A stretch of DNA of 32,000 nucleotides from Promethearchaeum syntrophicum (GCF_008000775.2 NZ_CP042905.2:2670001-2702000); one strand, 5' to 3'; numbered from the stretch's first letter, positions 8,511-17,252 are shown. Program-made: numbers and translations. The notes: generated by a model from the sequence alone, not told the origin.

Positions 8511-8621
8511 TTCTTTCCGCATCATTATAAAATATAAGAAATTATTGGGGGATAAGTGTGTCTGATTCTTTATATACTGATGAAGCGATTATTTAGTTAA
8601 CGCAATAAAATGTGAACAATC
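8511..8621 (+). promoter_or_regulatory. Conserved upstream leader/promoter block, copy 2
   Basis: Aligns to 7565-7674 at roughly 85-90% identity by eye and carries the same two TATA-like boxes. It ends at the ATG at 8622. Confidence 0.55.
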
Positions 8622-9287
8622 ATGAAAAACATTAATAAAGTTGTTTTATTGAGCATAGTCGGATTTTTGCTCTTAGGGTCATATATGACCGTAGCAAATG
8701 CACAAACGCCACCTGTTGAAACAGTTGATGGAAACCAATATCAAGGCACAATTGAAGGAAATGAAACCAATCAATATAGATTCAGAAATCAATTCCAATT
8801 TCAATTAAGAGTTAATCAATCTGTAGATCTCGATATGGAAGTTGATGTTGATGGAGTTGGGGATAGAGAATTTCAATTAGAAGTAAATACTCGAACGAAT
8901 GCAGAACTTACAATAAGAATTAATGCATCTGATGAAAGTCTTGGTTTAGAAGAAGGAAAGAAACTACAAGCACGAAATCAAAATAGATACCAATATCGAG
9001 AACAATTCCGAGTAAACTTAACATGTGATGAACCTGTTGAAGCTAAATTATCGCTTAAAACTGGGGATCCAGAAGCACAATGGGCTTACTTTGATGAAGA
9101 AACAGAAGAATGGGTAACAAATCCATCATCATACCAAAACGGAGTATTAACAACAGAAACAGATCATTTTTCCGTTTGGACAGTTCTAACCGTAGAAGAA
9201 GATGCAATTTCCTCATATGGATTAATCGGAATAGTATCAATTGGTAGTATAGTTGGATTATTGTTTATTATCAAAAAGAAAAAATAA
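8622..9287 (+). CDS. Secreted, C-terminally anchored surface (glyco)protein, paralog 2
   Basis: Collinear with 7675..8361 and a bit over half identical by eye. It has a signal peptide, the DLDMEVDVD...ELTIRINASDESLGL block and AQWAYFD...EWVTNPSSYQNGVLTTETDHFSVWTVL. Its tail is SYGLIGIVSIGSIVGLLFIIKKKK. Confidence 0.8.
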   Translation: MKNINKVVLLSIVGFLLLGSYMTVANAQTPPVETVDGNQYQGTIEGNETNQYRFRNQFQFQLRVNQSVDLDMEVDVDGVGDREFQLEVNTRTNAELTIRINASDESLGLEEGKKLQARNQNRYQYREQFRVNLTCDEPVEAKLSLKTGDPEAQWAYFDEETEEWVTNPSSYQNGVLTTETDHFSVWTVLTVEEDAISSYGLIGIVSIGSIVGLLFIIKKKK

Positions 9288-9351
9288 ACTCAAAAATATA
9301 AAATAATAAATCTCCTTTTTTTTGAAAATTTTTTTCAAAGAGGGAATCGAA

Positions 9352-10638
9352 ATGGGAAAAAAAATCAAATATTCAACAATATTCACTGTAATCTCTTTGT
9401 TTTTGATATTTATTAGTTTTAATTCTGAATTGTCTTATAGCCTTGCTCAAGGATCAGGTCCTCAACATCGAATAGAGTCTCAATCTCCCACTGATGGAAT
9501 GAAACCATATATTTTTGAAAATAATATTCAAGTAAATCTAAGCACTACCGCGAATACAACAATTGATCTTGAGATTGAAGAAGGAATAGCTAATAGATTT
9601 GTAGGAATTAATATTAATGCATCAACTCCAATAGAGATCTCTTTCAAAGCGCGAAGAAATTTTGACGTAAGTCCCGGAAAGAAAATGAATTGGCATAAAA
9701 AGTCAGTTATTACTCCAATTGCAAGCAATTTTTTTGCGACTCCAAATTTAGGAGAATCTCCGACTGAAGAATATGATGTTGAATATAGCTATGAAACTTT
9801 TTACCAAATTGATATTGAAGGGGAGATAAATACAATTGAAATATTCACTTCAATTAATCCCGCATTAGGTGTTGCTAAATCCGATTCCTCGTCATTAGGT
9901 TGGGCTATTTTTAATAATGAAACTCAATCTTGGGAAATTTTAACTACAGATTCAGAATCGGATATGATGACCACTACTTTTGATCAAAATGAAATATTTA
10001 ATGACCAGTTAATCCTAACGGTTGTAAATTTTTCACCGATTGTTTCTGGTTCATTTTTTACGTCACCTTTAGGAATTAGCTTAATCGTTGTAGCATTGAT
10101 TACGGCAATATTCGGCTTAATCATGACAAATACAGAATATCGTGATTATTTACTTAATAGGATAATGCACATTAATACAGCCCCACATAGGTTAACAATT
10201 GAACAAGTTTTAGAAAATGAAAATCGAGATAAAATTATTTCACTAATTCTAGAGCAGCCAGGAGTCCATTTTAATGAAATCTTAAGGGAAATTGATATTT
10301 CTGCAGGGACACTAGTTTGGCATTTAGATATATTGGAAACTTTTAAAGTTATCCAAAAGCAGCGAATTGGGCAATATTTAGTTTATTATCCCTATACAGT
10401 TAGAAATCCGATATCAAAATTAGATTTAAAACTTAGAAAAAGCCGTACTACCTTAGAAATTTTACAGTTAATTAATGATAACCCCGGTATTTATCAAAAC
10501 CAGATTGCCCATCGAATGGACCTTGATCATAAAACCGTCAAATACCATATAGATAAGCTAATTGAAAGCGAATTAATTTTAGCAAAGAAAAAGGGACGGA
10601 AAAATTTATTCTATCCTCATGGAAATTTTCAAATCTGA
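9352..10638 (+). CDS. Membrane-tethered transcriptional regulator: signal/anchor + ectodomain + TM + two cytoplasmic winged-helix HTH domains
   Basis: I prefer the ATG at 9352 (MGKKIKYSTIFTVISLFLIFISF..., with GAGGG 8 nt upstream) over the track's TTG at 9322. The ectodomain is about 220 aa, followed by TM LGISLIVVALITAIFGLIM. wHTH-1 is ENRDKIISLILEQPGVHFNEILREIDISAGTLVWHLDILETFKVI. wHTH-2 is TTLEILQLINDNPGIYQNQIAHRMDLDHKTVKYHIDKLIESELI. Confidence 0.8.
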   Translation: MGKKIKYSTIFTVISLFLIFISFNSELSYSLAQGSGPQHRIESQSPTDGMKPYIFENNIQVNLSTTANTTIDLEIEEGIANRFVGININASTPIEISFKARRNFDVSPGKKMNWHKKSVITPIASNFFATPNLGESPTEEYDVEYSYETFYQIDIEGEINTIEIFTSINPALGVAKSDSSSLGWAIFNNETQSWEILTTDSESDMMTTTFDQNEIFNDQLILTVVNFSPIVSGSFFTSPLGISLIVVALITAIFGLIMTNTEYRDYLLNRIMHINTAPHRLTIEQVLENENRDKIISLILEQPGVHFNEILREIDISAGTLVWHLDILETFKVIQKQRIGQYLVYYPYTVRNPISKLDLKLRKSRTTLEILQLINDNPGIYQNQIAHRMDLDHKTVKYHIDKLIESELILAKKKGRKNLFYPHGNFQI

Positions 10639-10695
10639 AGATTAGAGCCATAATATTTTGAAAATAATTGATCATTATTCAAACTCTGTTTAAGC

Positions 10696-10739
10696 AAGAT
10701 CTATCAATTATAACAAAGCTATAGATCTTCTCTGTTTTT
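10696..10739 (+). terminator. Hairpin + T-run downstream of the regulator gene (possible terminator)
   Basis: A perfect 9-bp inverted repeat, AAGATCTAT (10696-10704) and ATAGATCTT (10721-10729), has a 16-nt loop and is followed by ctctgttttt. It starts 58 nt after the stop at 10638. Inverted repeats of this size are near chance expectation in such AT-rich DNA. Confidence 0.3.
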
Positions 10740-10815
10740 CATAAGAATTTCATTTGATTATTAGAAATTCAATTATAATTAACATGAAATTTGAAGATAC
10801 TTTTAATAGTTCAAT

Positions 10816-12108
10816 ATGGCTAGAAAGCAAAGAAAATATCCTGAAATGATTCCATTATGGATGGCGCTTTTTTCCGATATAATTGGTTTTTCAATACTAA
10901 TTACTGTATATCCAAGTATTGCATTAGAATTCAATTTAAATCCTCTTGAAGCGGGATTAATAATGGCAGTAAATGGATTATTCTCATTTTTCTCAGCACC
11001 GCTATGGGGAAAATTGTCTGATAAACATGGAAGAAAACCAATGCTATTACTTTCACAATTTGGAACCTTTTTAGGATTCATCATTCTTGCATTTTCTCCC
11101 AATTTTACATGGGTAATTATTTCCCGAGTGATTGACGGAATGTTCGGAGGAAATTATCCGATCGCAAAAGCTATTATTAATGATATCGTGAAACCAAAAG
11201 ACTTACCCGAACAAATGACTACTATTGGAGTTGCTCATAATGTAGCAAACTTATTTGGTCCTGCCCTCGGAGGCATATTATTTGTGAATTTTGGATTAAT
11301 TGCTCCTGGATTAGCAGCCGCTTTAATATCTCTGTTTACTCTAATTATTACCCAGGTGAAGTTAAAAGAAAGTGCTCCTATTAAAGTGAATCCAGAAATG
11401 TTAAAAATTAAGATTCCCGATAATTCATCTTCAAAATCTTTAGATATTTCTTCTAAGAAACAACCAAAATGGTATTCGAATAAACCCTTAGTCACTTCTC
11501 TCCTCATCTTAGCCTTTTCTTCATTCGGTTTTATGACATTAATTTCGAATTTCGCGATGTTTGCATTCCTAAAATTAGATATGGATTCACAATCTATGGG
11601 TATATTCCTTACGGTATCTGCAGTATTTCAAATATTGATTAGGTATACAGTTTACATGCCTGCTTTACGGAAAATTGGTGTTATGAATATGGTTACTCTT
11701 GGGTTTGTTTTATATTTGGTGGAATTTATTATTCTGGGTATAGTGGTGACTCCCACACAATTCATTCTAATAATGATCCTAAGTACAATTGCAACTAGTG
11801 CTACTCGAGGGGGAATAAATTCTTTTATTGGGACATTCGCTCGCCCTCATGAACGAGGAAAAGTACAAGGTTTCGCAACTTCTTTAGATACTTTTGCACA
11901 AATAATCGGTCCAATTTTGGGTGGTGCACTTCTTACTTATTTACCATTAGAATTCTTTGGCTCTGCCTCATTTATATTTATGGCTATCTCTCTTATAATT
12001 TTGCAAAGTGCTAGAACCATGAAAAAAGCCTTGAAAGAAAAAATAAAAGAATCTGAAAAATCTAAGGATAAATCATTACCACAAGCACATATGAAAATTA
12101 GGACTTAA
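10816..12108 (+). CDS. MFS transporter (drug/H+ antiporter-like)
   Basis: About 12 TM helices. MFS motif A lies between TM2 and TM3 (GKLSDKHGRKPMLL). A central hydrophilic loop is present, and the C-terminal half repeats the fold. Confidence 0.85.
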   Translation: MARKQRKYPEMIPLWMALFSDIIGFSILITVYPSIALEFNLNPLEAGLIMAVNGLFSFFSAPLWGKLSDKHGRKPMLLLSQFGTFLGFIILAFSPNFTWVIISRVIDGMFGGNYPIAKAIINDIVKPKDLPEQMTTIGVAHNVANLFGPALGGILFVNFGLIAPGLAAALISLFTLIITQVKLKESAPIKVNPEMLKIKIPDNSSSKSLDISSKKQPKWYSNKPLVTSLLILAFSSFGFMTLISNFAMFAFLKLDMDSQSMGIFLTVSAVFQILIRYTVYMPALRKIGVMNMVTLGFVLYLVEFIILGIVVTPTQFILIMILSTIATSATRGGINSFIGTFARPHERGKVQGFATSLDTFAQIIGPILGGALLTYLPLEFFGSASFIFMAISLIILQSARTMKKALKEKIKESEKSKDKSLPQAHMKIRT

Positions 12109-12264
12109 TTTTTAGGCAATCCTATTCATTTATTATTAATATTCTTTGAATATCATTAAATTAGAGATTTTAATTCAAATAAGATAATACTAATTAAATA
12201 TAAAGAAAAAAAGAAAAAATGGAGACACATCATTTTCCCGAGAGTTTTAGCTTCTAACTCCTTT

Positions 12265-12573
12265 TTATTTTTTTTGAGTTTTATCAAAACATATTATTTC
12301 TTCAATTAACCTATTCTTTTCATAACGATTTAGCATTTTAAAATATTGTTGGCGATATTCTGAAGATATTTTATCATTATTTCGTCGATAAGCAATTAAA
12401 ATCAATTTATCACGATCTAAAGTGCGTAATTCCTTTATATGTGCTTTTTTTCCAAGATATTCTTTTTTTTTCTTTTTCCGTGATTGAAAGTTTTCCAGAT
12501 TGTCAACAAAATCAAATAAATCGCGTTCTAATAAGAAATCTGCTTTTTGCTTGTTTTCTAAGATAAAATTCAC
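12265..12573 (-). CDS. Small basic hypothetical protein (102 aa)
   Basis: A single clean ORF with a Lys/Arg-rich centre (SRKKKKKEYLGKKAHIKELR). No recognisable family. It could still be spurious in AT-rich DNA. Confidence 0.4.
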   Translation of the reverse strand: MNFILENKQKADFLLERDLFDFVDNLENFQSRKKKKKEYLGKKAHIKELRTLDRDKLILIAYRRNNDKISSEYRQQYFKMLNRYEKNRLIEEIICFDKTQKK

Positions 12574-12635
12574 CTCGAATCTGTTTAATACTTATATTTA
12601 AGAAGATCGATAATTATTACAATTTCAAGGGGTGA

Positions 12636-13025
12636 TTACTGATTTTTTCTGGTGCGTATATTATTGTACTCTTTATCCCAAATTCAAAACAAATTCAAAT
12701 AGGAAAAATAGGACAACTTAAATTCGAACACGGATATTATTGTTATGTGGGATCTGCGTTAAAAAGAATGCTTTTACCCAGAGTAAAAAGACATCTATCA
12801 CCTTTATCGTTAAAAAAAATTCATTGGCATATTGATTATTTACTCGCGGTTTCTGATATCAGTATTATCAAATCGATTTTAATTCCCTCCTCATTCCGTG
12901 AAGAATGCACCATTGCTCAATCCATTAAGGAATTAAGTAAAGATGAAGTTCTTCGATTTGGTTCCTCTGATTGCACGTGTATCTCACATCTCTTCTATTT
13001 TGGAGAGAAGGAACCTTTCAATTAA
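12636..13025 (+). CDS. DUF123 (GIY-YIG-superfamily) protein; start codon unresolved
   Basis: The frame is open from 12636, after a TGA at 12633-12635. It reads ..IFSGAYIIVLFIPNSKQIQIGKIGQLKFEHGYYCYVGSALKRMLLPRVKRHLS...KKIHWHIDYLL, which matches the DUF123 pattern G.Y.l......i.iG.lG...f..G.Y.YvGSA....l..R..RH.....K..WHIDYL. The track's GTG start at 12747 would delete the conserved N-terminal strands. Confidence 0.7.
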   Translation, partial: LLIFSGAYIIVLFIPNSKQIQIGKIGQLKFEHGYYCYVGSALKRMLLPRVKRHLSPLSLKKIHWHIDYLLAVSDISIIKSILIPSSFREECTIAQSIKELSKDEVLRFGSSDCTCISHLFYFGEKEPFN

Positions 13026-13087
13026 GTATATACGCTATGATGAACAATTTAATGTACATACCTATTTTCAAAAAAGAGTAGATAAAA

Positions 13088-14101
13088 ATGGTCAGTTACA
13101 AAGAATTGGGGTTAGTAAATACTAAAGAGATATATGCTAAAGCAATTGCAGGGAAATATGCAATTCCGGGATATAATTTCAACAATATGGAACAGTTGCA
13201 AGCGATAATTCGCGCATGCGTGGAAACTGAATCTCCCGTAGTATTACAAGTTTCTAAAGGAGCCAGGAATTATGCAAATGAGACCATGCTAAGATATATG
13301 GCACAAGGGGCAGTCGAATACGCGAAAGAATTAAGGGAAGATCATAAAAGCATCCCAATTACCCTTCATTTAGATCATGGAGGAAATTTTGAGATTTGTA
13401 AAGCTTGCATTGACTCTGGATTTAGTTCCGTAATGTATGATGGAAGCTCATTGCCGTTTGATGAAAATATTGCAATTTCAAAAAAAGTTGTTGAATATGC
13501 TCATTCAAGAAATGATTATGTAACTGTAGAATGCGAACTTGGTGTTCTCGCTGGCGTGGAAGATGATGTTTCTGCAGAAGTTAGTCATTATACAAAGCCA
13601 GAAGAAGTTATTGAATTTAAAGAACGAACTGGTTGTGATAATCTAGCAATCTCAATTGGCACCTCTCATGGTGCAAATAAATTCAAACCAGAACAATGCA
13701 CACGTAATGAAGAAGGAATTCTTGTCCCACCACCACTTGCGTTCAATATTTTGGAAGAGATAGAGCAAAAATTGCCCGGTTTTCCAATTGTGCTACATGG
13801 ATCTTCATCTGTTCCTCAAAGTTATGTGAAAACAATAAATTCTTTTGGAGGATCTTTGAAAGATGCAGTCGGAATCCCAGAACCACAGCTTAGAAAAGCA
13901 GCACAATATAATGTATGTAAAATCAATATTGATTCTGATGGTCGTTTGGCAATGACTGCAACTATTCGAAAAACGATGCATGATAAACCCGGAGAATTTG
14001 ATCCGAGGAAATATTTAGGTCCTGCACGCGATGAATTGGCAAAAATGTATGCCCGAAAAAATAGAGAAGTCTTAGGATCCGCAGGACATGCATGGGATTA
14101 A
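13088..14101 (+). CDS. fba: Class II (metal-dependent) fructose-1,6-bisphosphate aldolase
   Basis: Hallmarks of class II FBA: YAIPGYNFNN, SPVVLQVSKGA, the Zn ligand block LHLDHG, SVMYDGS, ISIGTSHGANKF, VLHGSSSVP and KINIDSD. Confidence 0.9.
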   Translation: MVSYKELGLVNTKEIYAKAIAGKYAIPGYNFNNMEQLQAIIRACVETESPVVLQVSKGARNYANETMLRYMAQGAVEYAKELREDHKSIPITLHLDHGGNFEICKACIDSGFSSVMYDGSSLPFDENIAISKKVVEYAHSRNDYVTVECELGVLAGVEDDVSAEVSHYTKPEEVIEFKERTGCDNLAISIGTSHGANKFKPEQCTRNEEGILVPPPLAFNILEEIEQKLPGFPIVLHGSSSVPQSYVKTINSFGGSLKDAVGIPEPQLRKAAQYNVCKINIDSDGRLAMTATIRKTMHDKPGEFDPRKYLGPARDELAKMYARKNREVLGSAGHAWD

Positions 14102-14328
14102 TTTTTTTTCTTGATTTTTTAACAAATTGAAACAAATCTAATCTCTTCAACAATGAACATATAAGAATTTCAGTTTTTTATCGAGTAATATTCTAGTAAT
14201 ATCAAAATAACAACACCTATCATTAATTAAAAATTGTAATCATTATTTGCACACAACTTTTTTTTTTATTTCTTTTCCCTTCTTCTTCTGAAGGGATCTT
14301 TATTAATAATAATGATTATATCATTATC

Positions 14329-14925
14329 ATGGATCTTCAAAATCGAGCAGAGCAAATCCTAAAAATTCAATCAAATGCAGTTCAAAATTTGAGAATCACG
14401 GAAAATATGATTTTAGCTATCACGGAAATAATGAAAAAACAAAAAGAGAAGAACCATATAATTACAACGGGAATGGGAAAAGCAGGAATTATCGCGACTA
14501 AAATGAGTGCTACATTGGCGAGTATCGGAATTCCTTCATTCTACGTGAATCCAGCCGAAGCAGTTCATGGAGATTTAGGAAGAATCATGTCTGAAGATTT
14601 ATTAATCGTATTCTCTCATTCAGGGCGAACCAAAGAAATTCAGACAATGATAAAGAAATTGCATGAATTAAATTTCAATAAAAATTATGTGATATCAATC
14701 GGGAGCAACTCACAACCTGAATTTTCAGCTGATTTATCAATCACTTATGGAAATATTGATGAATCTTGCATTGTAAAAAAAGTTCCTTCAACTTCAACAA
14801 CATTAATGCTTTTAATTGCAGATATCTTAGGAATAACAGCAGCAGAAAACTTAGGTTTTAATGATGAATGGTTTAAACAGCGGCATCCAGGAGGAGAAAT
14901 AGGGAACTCTTATAAAAAGAATTGA
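14329..14925 (+). CDS. SIS-domain sugar-phosphate isomerase (KpsF/GutQ-like SIS domain only, no CBS pair)
   Basis: TTGMGKAGIIATKMSATLASIGIPSFYVNPAEAVHGDLGRI...LIVFSHSGRTKEI parallels the KpsF/GutQ core GMGKSG.I..K.aAT.aStGtPa.FvHP.EA.HGDLG. The protein ends at 198 aa. Confidence 0.8.
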   Translation: MDLQNRAEQILKIQSNAVQNLRITENMILAITEIMKKQKEKNHIITTGMGKAGIIATKMSATLASIGIPSFYVNPAEAVHGDLGRIMSEDLLIVFSHSGRTKEIQTMIKKLHELNFNKNYVISIGSNSQPEFSADLSITYGNIDESCIVKKVPSTSTTLMLLIADILGITAAENLGFNDEWFKQRHPGGEIGNSYKKN

Positions 14926-14954
14926 ATAAATATAAAAATAAAAAAATTATTTAA

Positions 14955-16463
14955 TTAAAGATTTGGAAGCTCTTTTAAAATCTTCTTTAGTAAATTATAC
15001 ATTATACCGACATGTGCTATATTTAATTTCTCTTCAGGACTGTGAGGATTTTTAATAGTAGGTCCAATAGCAATCATTTGAATTCCAGGGATTTTATCAC
15101 CGATAACTCCTGTTTCTAAACCTCCATGAACTGCTTCAAACTCAACTTTTGAGTTTAAAAATTCTTCATATTTTGCTTTAAAGAATTGTGCAAATGGCTT
15201 TTCTGGTTCAGGTTTCCATGCGGGATATGACGGGTCTCTAATGATATTCCATCCGGCTAATTTCCCTATCTGACTAATTGCAATACGTGTTGCATCTAAT
15301 TCATCTCCAAGAGCACTACGAGTTGATAAAATAATACTAATTTTTGATCCCTCTGTTTTAATAATTGATAAGTTATTGGATGTTTCTGTAAGATCTTCTA
15401 AAACAGGAGATTTACGTATAACACTTGAAGGAACTATATTGGCAGTGGAAATTATCAAATTACTTTCTATTGCTGAAAAATATGGTTGATGTTTTGTAAT
15501 TTTCCATTCAATACTCATATTTGGTTCAAATGGTTCAGATGTACCTTGATAATAATTAAAAAGAGATTCTTTTTCCGATGATAAAATGAGTTCTACCTCC
15601 CCTATTTGACCCGATGGGATACCAAATAGTGCAGAAGATTTTCTTGTGATTGCATTATGCTTAGAACCACCGTTCCAACTAACTAAATATAACTCTTTTT
15701 TTTCTAATACAGCGCTTAACATCCTAGCTATAACTTTATTTGCATTTGCTCTTGGTAAGTGAATATCTCCTCCAGAATGACCACCTCTTAAACCAGACAC
15801 AGTTAATTCAATAAATTTTTCATGGATTTTCGAATAATCTTCAGATTTCATCAGATTTTTCTCAAAAAGCATATCCCCTCCTCCTGCAGATCCGATTGTT
15901 ATCTTTCCAATATCTTCAGAATCAAGATTTATCAATAAATTACTTTGAATTTCCAATTTTTTTTCATCTAATTGAAAGGCTCCAGTGAGACCAGTCTCTT
16001 CATCAACTGTTAATAAAATTTCAAGAGGTCCATGCTTAAAATCAGCACTATTATCAAATATTGTTGCAAGTGCCAAGGAAACTCCAATCCCATTATCAGC
16101 TCCAAGAGTTGTTCCATCTGCATCAACCCATTCCCCATTATCTTGAATTCTTATTGGGATCGGTTCATTATCAAAATCAAACCCTTCAGGTCTATCTGTT
16201 TCACACACCATATCCATATGAGCTTGTAAAATTACGGGTTGACAAGATTCCATCTCTTTAGACGCAGGGAGCTTGATCAATATATTTCCAATTGCATCTT
16301 CATTGACTGAAAGTGAAATTTTTTCTTTTTCAGCGCGATTTTTTACCCATTCCTTTATTTTTGCGCGAATTTTTCCTTCTTTTTTTGATTCGTGTGGTGT
16401 TTTCGAGACTACTTCTTCAAAAATCTCCCAAACGAGCTTCGGTTCTAAATTTTCTAAGACCAT
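14955..16463 (-). CDS. pepD: Aminoacyl-histidine (Xaa-His) dipeptidase, peptidase M20 family
   Basis: N-terminus LEPKLVWEIFEEVVSKTPHESKKE. M20 metal-ligand blocks are LQAHMDMVCE, TLGADNGIGV and TVDEETGLTGA. A length of 502 aa is typical of PepD. Confidence 0.85.
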   Translation of the reverse strand: MVLENLEPKLVWEIFEEVVSKTPHESKKEGKIRAKIKEWVKNRAEKEKISLSVNEDAIGNILIKLPASKEMESCQPVILQAHMDMVCETDRPEGFDFDNEPIPIRIQDNGEWVDADGTTLGADNGIGVSLALATIFDNSADFKHGPLEILLTVDEETGLTGAFQLDEKKLEIQSNLLINLDSEDIGKITIGSAGGGDMLFEKNLMKSEDYSKIHEKFIELTVSGLRGGHSGGDIHLPRANANKVIARMLSAVLEKKELYLVSWNGGSKHNAITRKSSALFGIPSGQIGEVELILSSEKESLFNYYQGTSEPFEPNMSIEWKITKHQPYFSAIESNLIISTANIVPSSVIRKSPVLEDLTETSNNLSIIKTEGSKISIILSTRSALGDELDATRIAISQIGKLAGWNIIRDPSYPAWKPEPEKPFAQFFKAKYEEFLNSKVEFEAVHGGLETGVIGDKIPGIQMIAIGPTIKNPHSPEEKLNIAHVGIMYNLLKKILKELPNL

Positions 16464-16549
16464 TGATAATCATCTACATGAAAATTATCCTAATTTAAAA
16501 AATCATCGTTAATTTAAATCTAAAACGAAATGGAGAGATCAATAAAATT

Positions 16550-17146
16550 TTAATAAAAATCTCTTGATTGCTTCACTTTTCTCGGTTTTTTCTTTTTAAT
16601 AATAATTCCAATTCCAATTCCGGTTATTAATCCAAATATATGAGCCCAAGTTCCTATTCCAGGCGCAAATGAATATATGATTGAATAAATAATATAAAAT
16701 ATGGAATATAAATATACTCTCCGGTCTTCCTTTGGAACAAGAACCATAACCGCACCCATCAAACCGAAAACAACTCCTGATGCCCCTAAACCATAACCTT
16801 CATATCGAGAAAGTAGGAAACTAAAAATGCTGCCCATCAAACCCGATAAGAAATATATCATTAGATACTGCCATTTTGAATAAAATTTTTCAGCTGTTGA
16901 ACCAAATATCAAGAGTCCTAAAATATTGTTGAAAAGGTGTAAAAAATTAGCATGTACAAAAAAGGATGTAATTAAAGTCCACAATTCTCTACCTTGAGAA
17001 ATATTATTATTATTTTGAGCTAGTAAATAGAGAACATCGTCACCTAAAATAAGGTTTACAATCAAAAACACAAGAAAATTTACACTTATAAATCCTAAAG
17101 TTAGGTAGGAACGCTTAATATTATCAAGAGTTAATTCAAATGACAT
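16550..17146 (-). CDS. Rhomboid-family intramembrane serine protease
   Basis: Six TM helices. The motifs are HANFLHLFNNILGLLIFG (H....H...N), the catalytic GASGVVFGLMGA (GxSG), and a downstream His in WAHIFGLITG. Confidence 0.85.
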   Translation of the reverse strand: MSFELTLDNIKRSYLTLGFISVNFLVFLIVNLILGDDVLYLLAQNNNNISQGRELWTLITSFFVHANFLHLFNNILGLLIFGSTAEKFYSKWQYLMIYFLSGLMGSIFSFLLSRYEGYGLGASGVVFGLMGAVMVLVPKEDRRVYLYSIFYIIYSIIYSFAPGIGTWAHIFGLITGIGIGIIIKKKKPRKVKQSRDFY

Positions 17147-17252
17147 AATAATTAAGTCCTATTAATGAATAGCGTTTTTTATAATTTCTTTTTATGGTTG
17201 ATATGATGATTTTCCGAAAATCTTAATTTTCTAAAGTTCTGATTAAAATATT

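Noticed and set aside
9322-9351. Track start (TTG at 9322) for the membrane-tethered regulator.
   Set aside because: The ATG at 9352 is preceded by GAGGG at suitable spacing. It yields a canonical Lys-rich n-region plus hydrophobic signal. The extra 10 codons (MKIFFKEGIE) add nothing recognisable.
12636-13025. DUF123/GIY-YIG gene as evidence of a mobile element or homing endonuclease.
   Set aside because: There are no flanking repeats, no interrupted host gene and no recombinase. DUF123 proteins are commonly stand-alone chromosomal genes in archaea.
14309-14327. Perfect 8+8 palindrome ATAATGAT-tat-ATCATTAT ending 1 nt before the SIS-gene ATG.
   Set aside because: It is pure A/T-rich sequence. 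By rough estimate, one or more perfect 8-bp inverted repeats per spacer length is expected by chance in 32 kb of about 30% GC DNA. It is worth noting only if conserved in orthologous loci.
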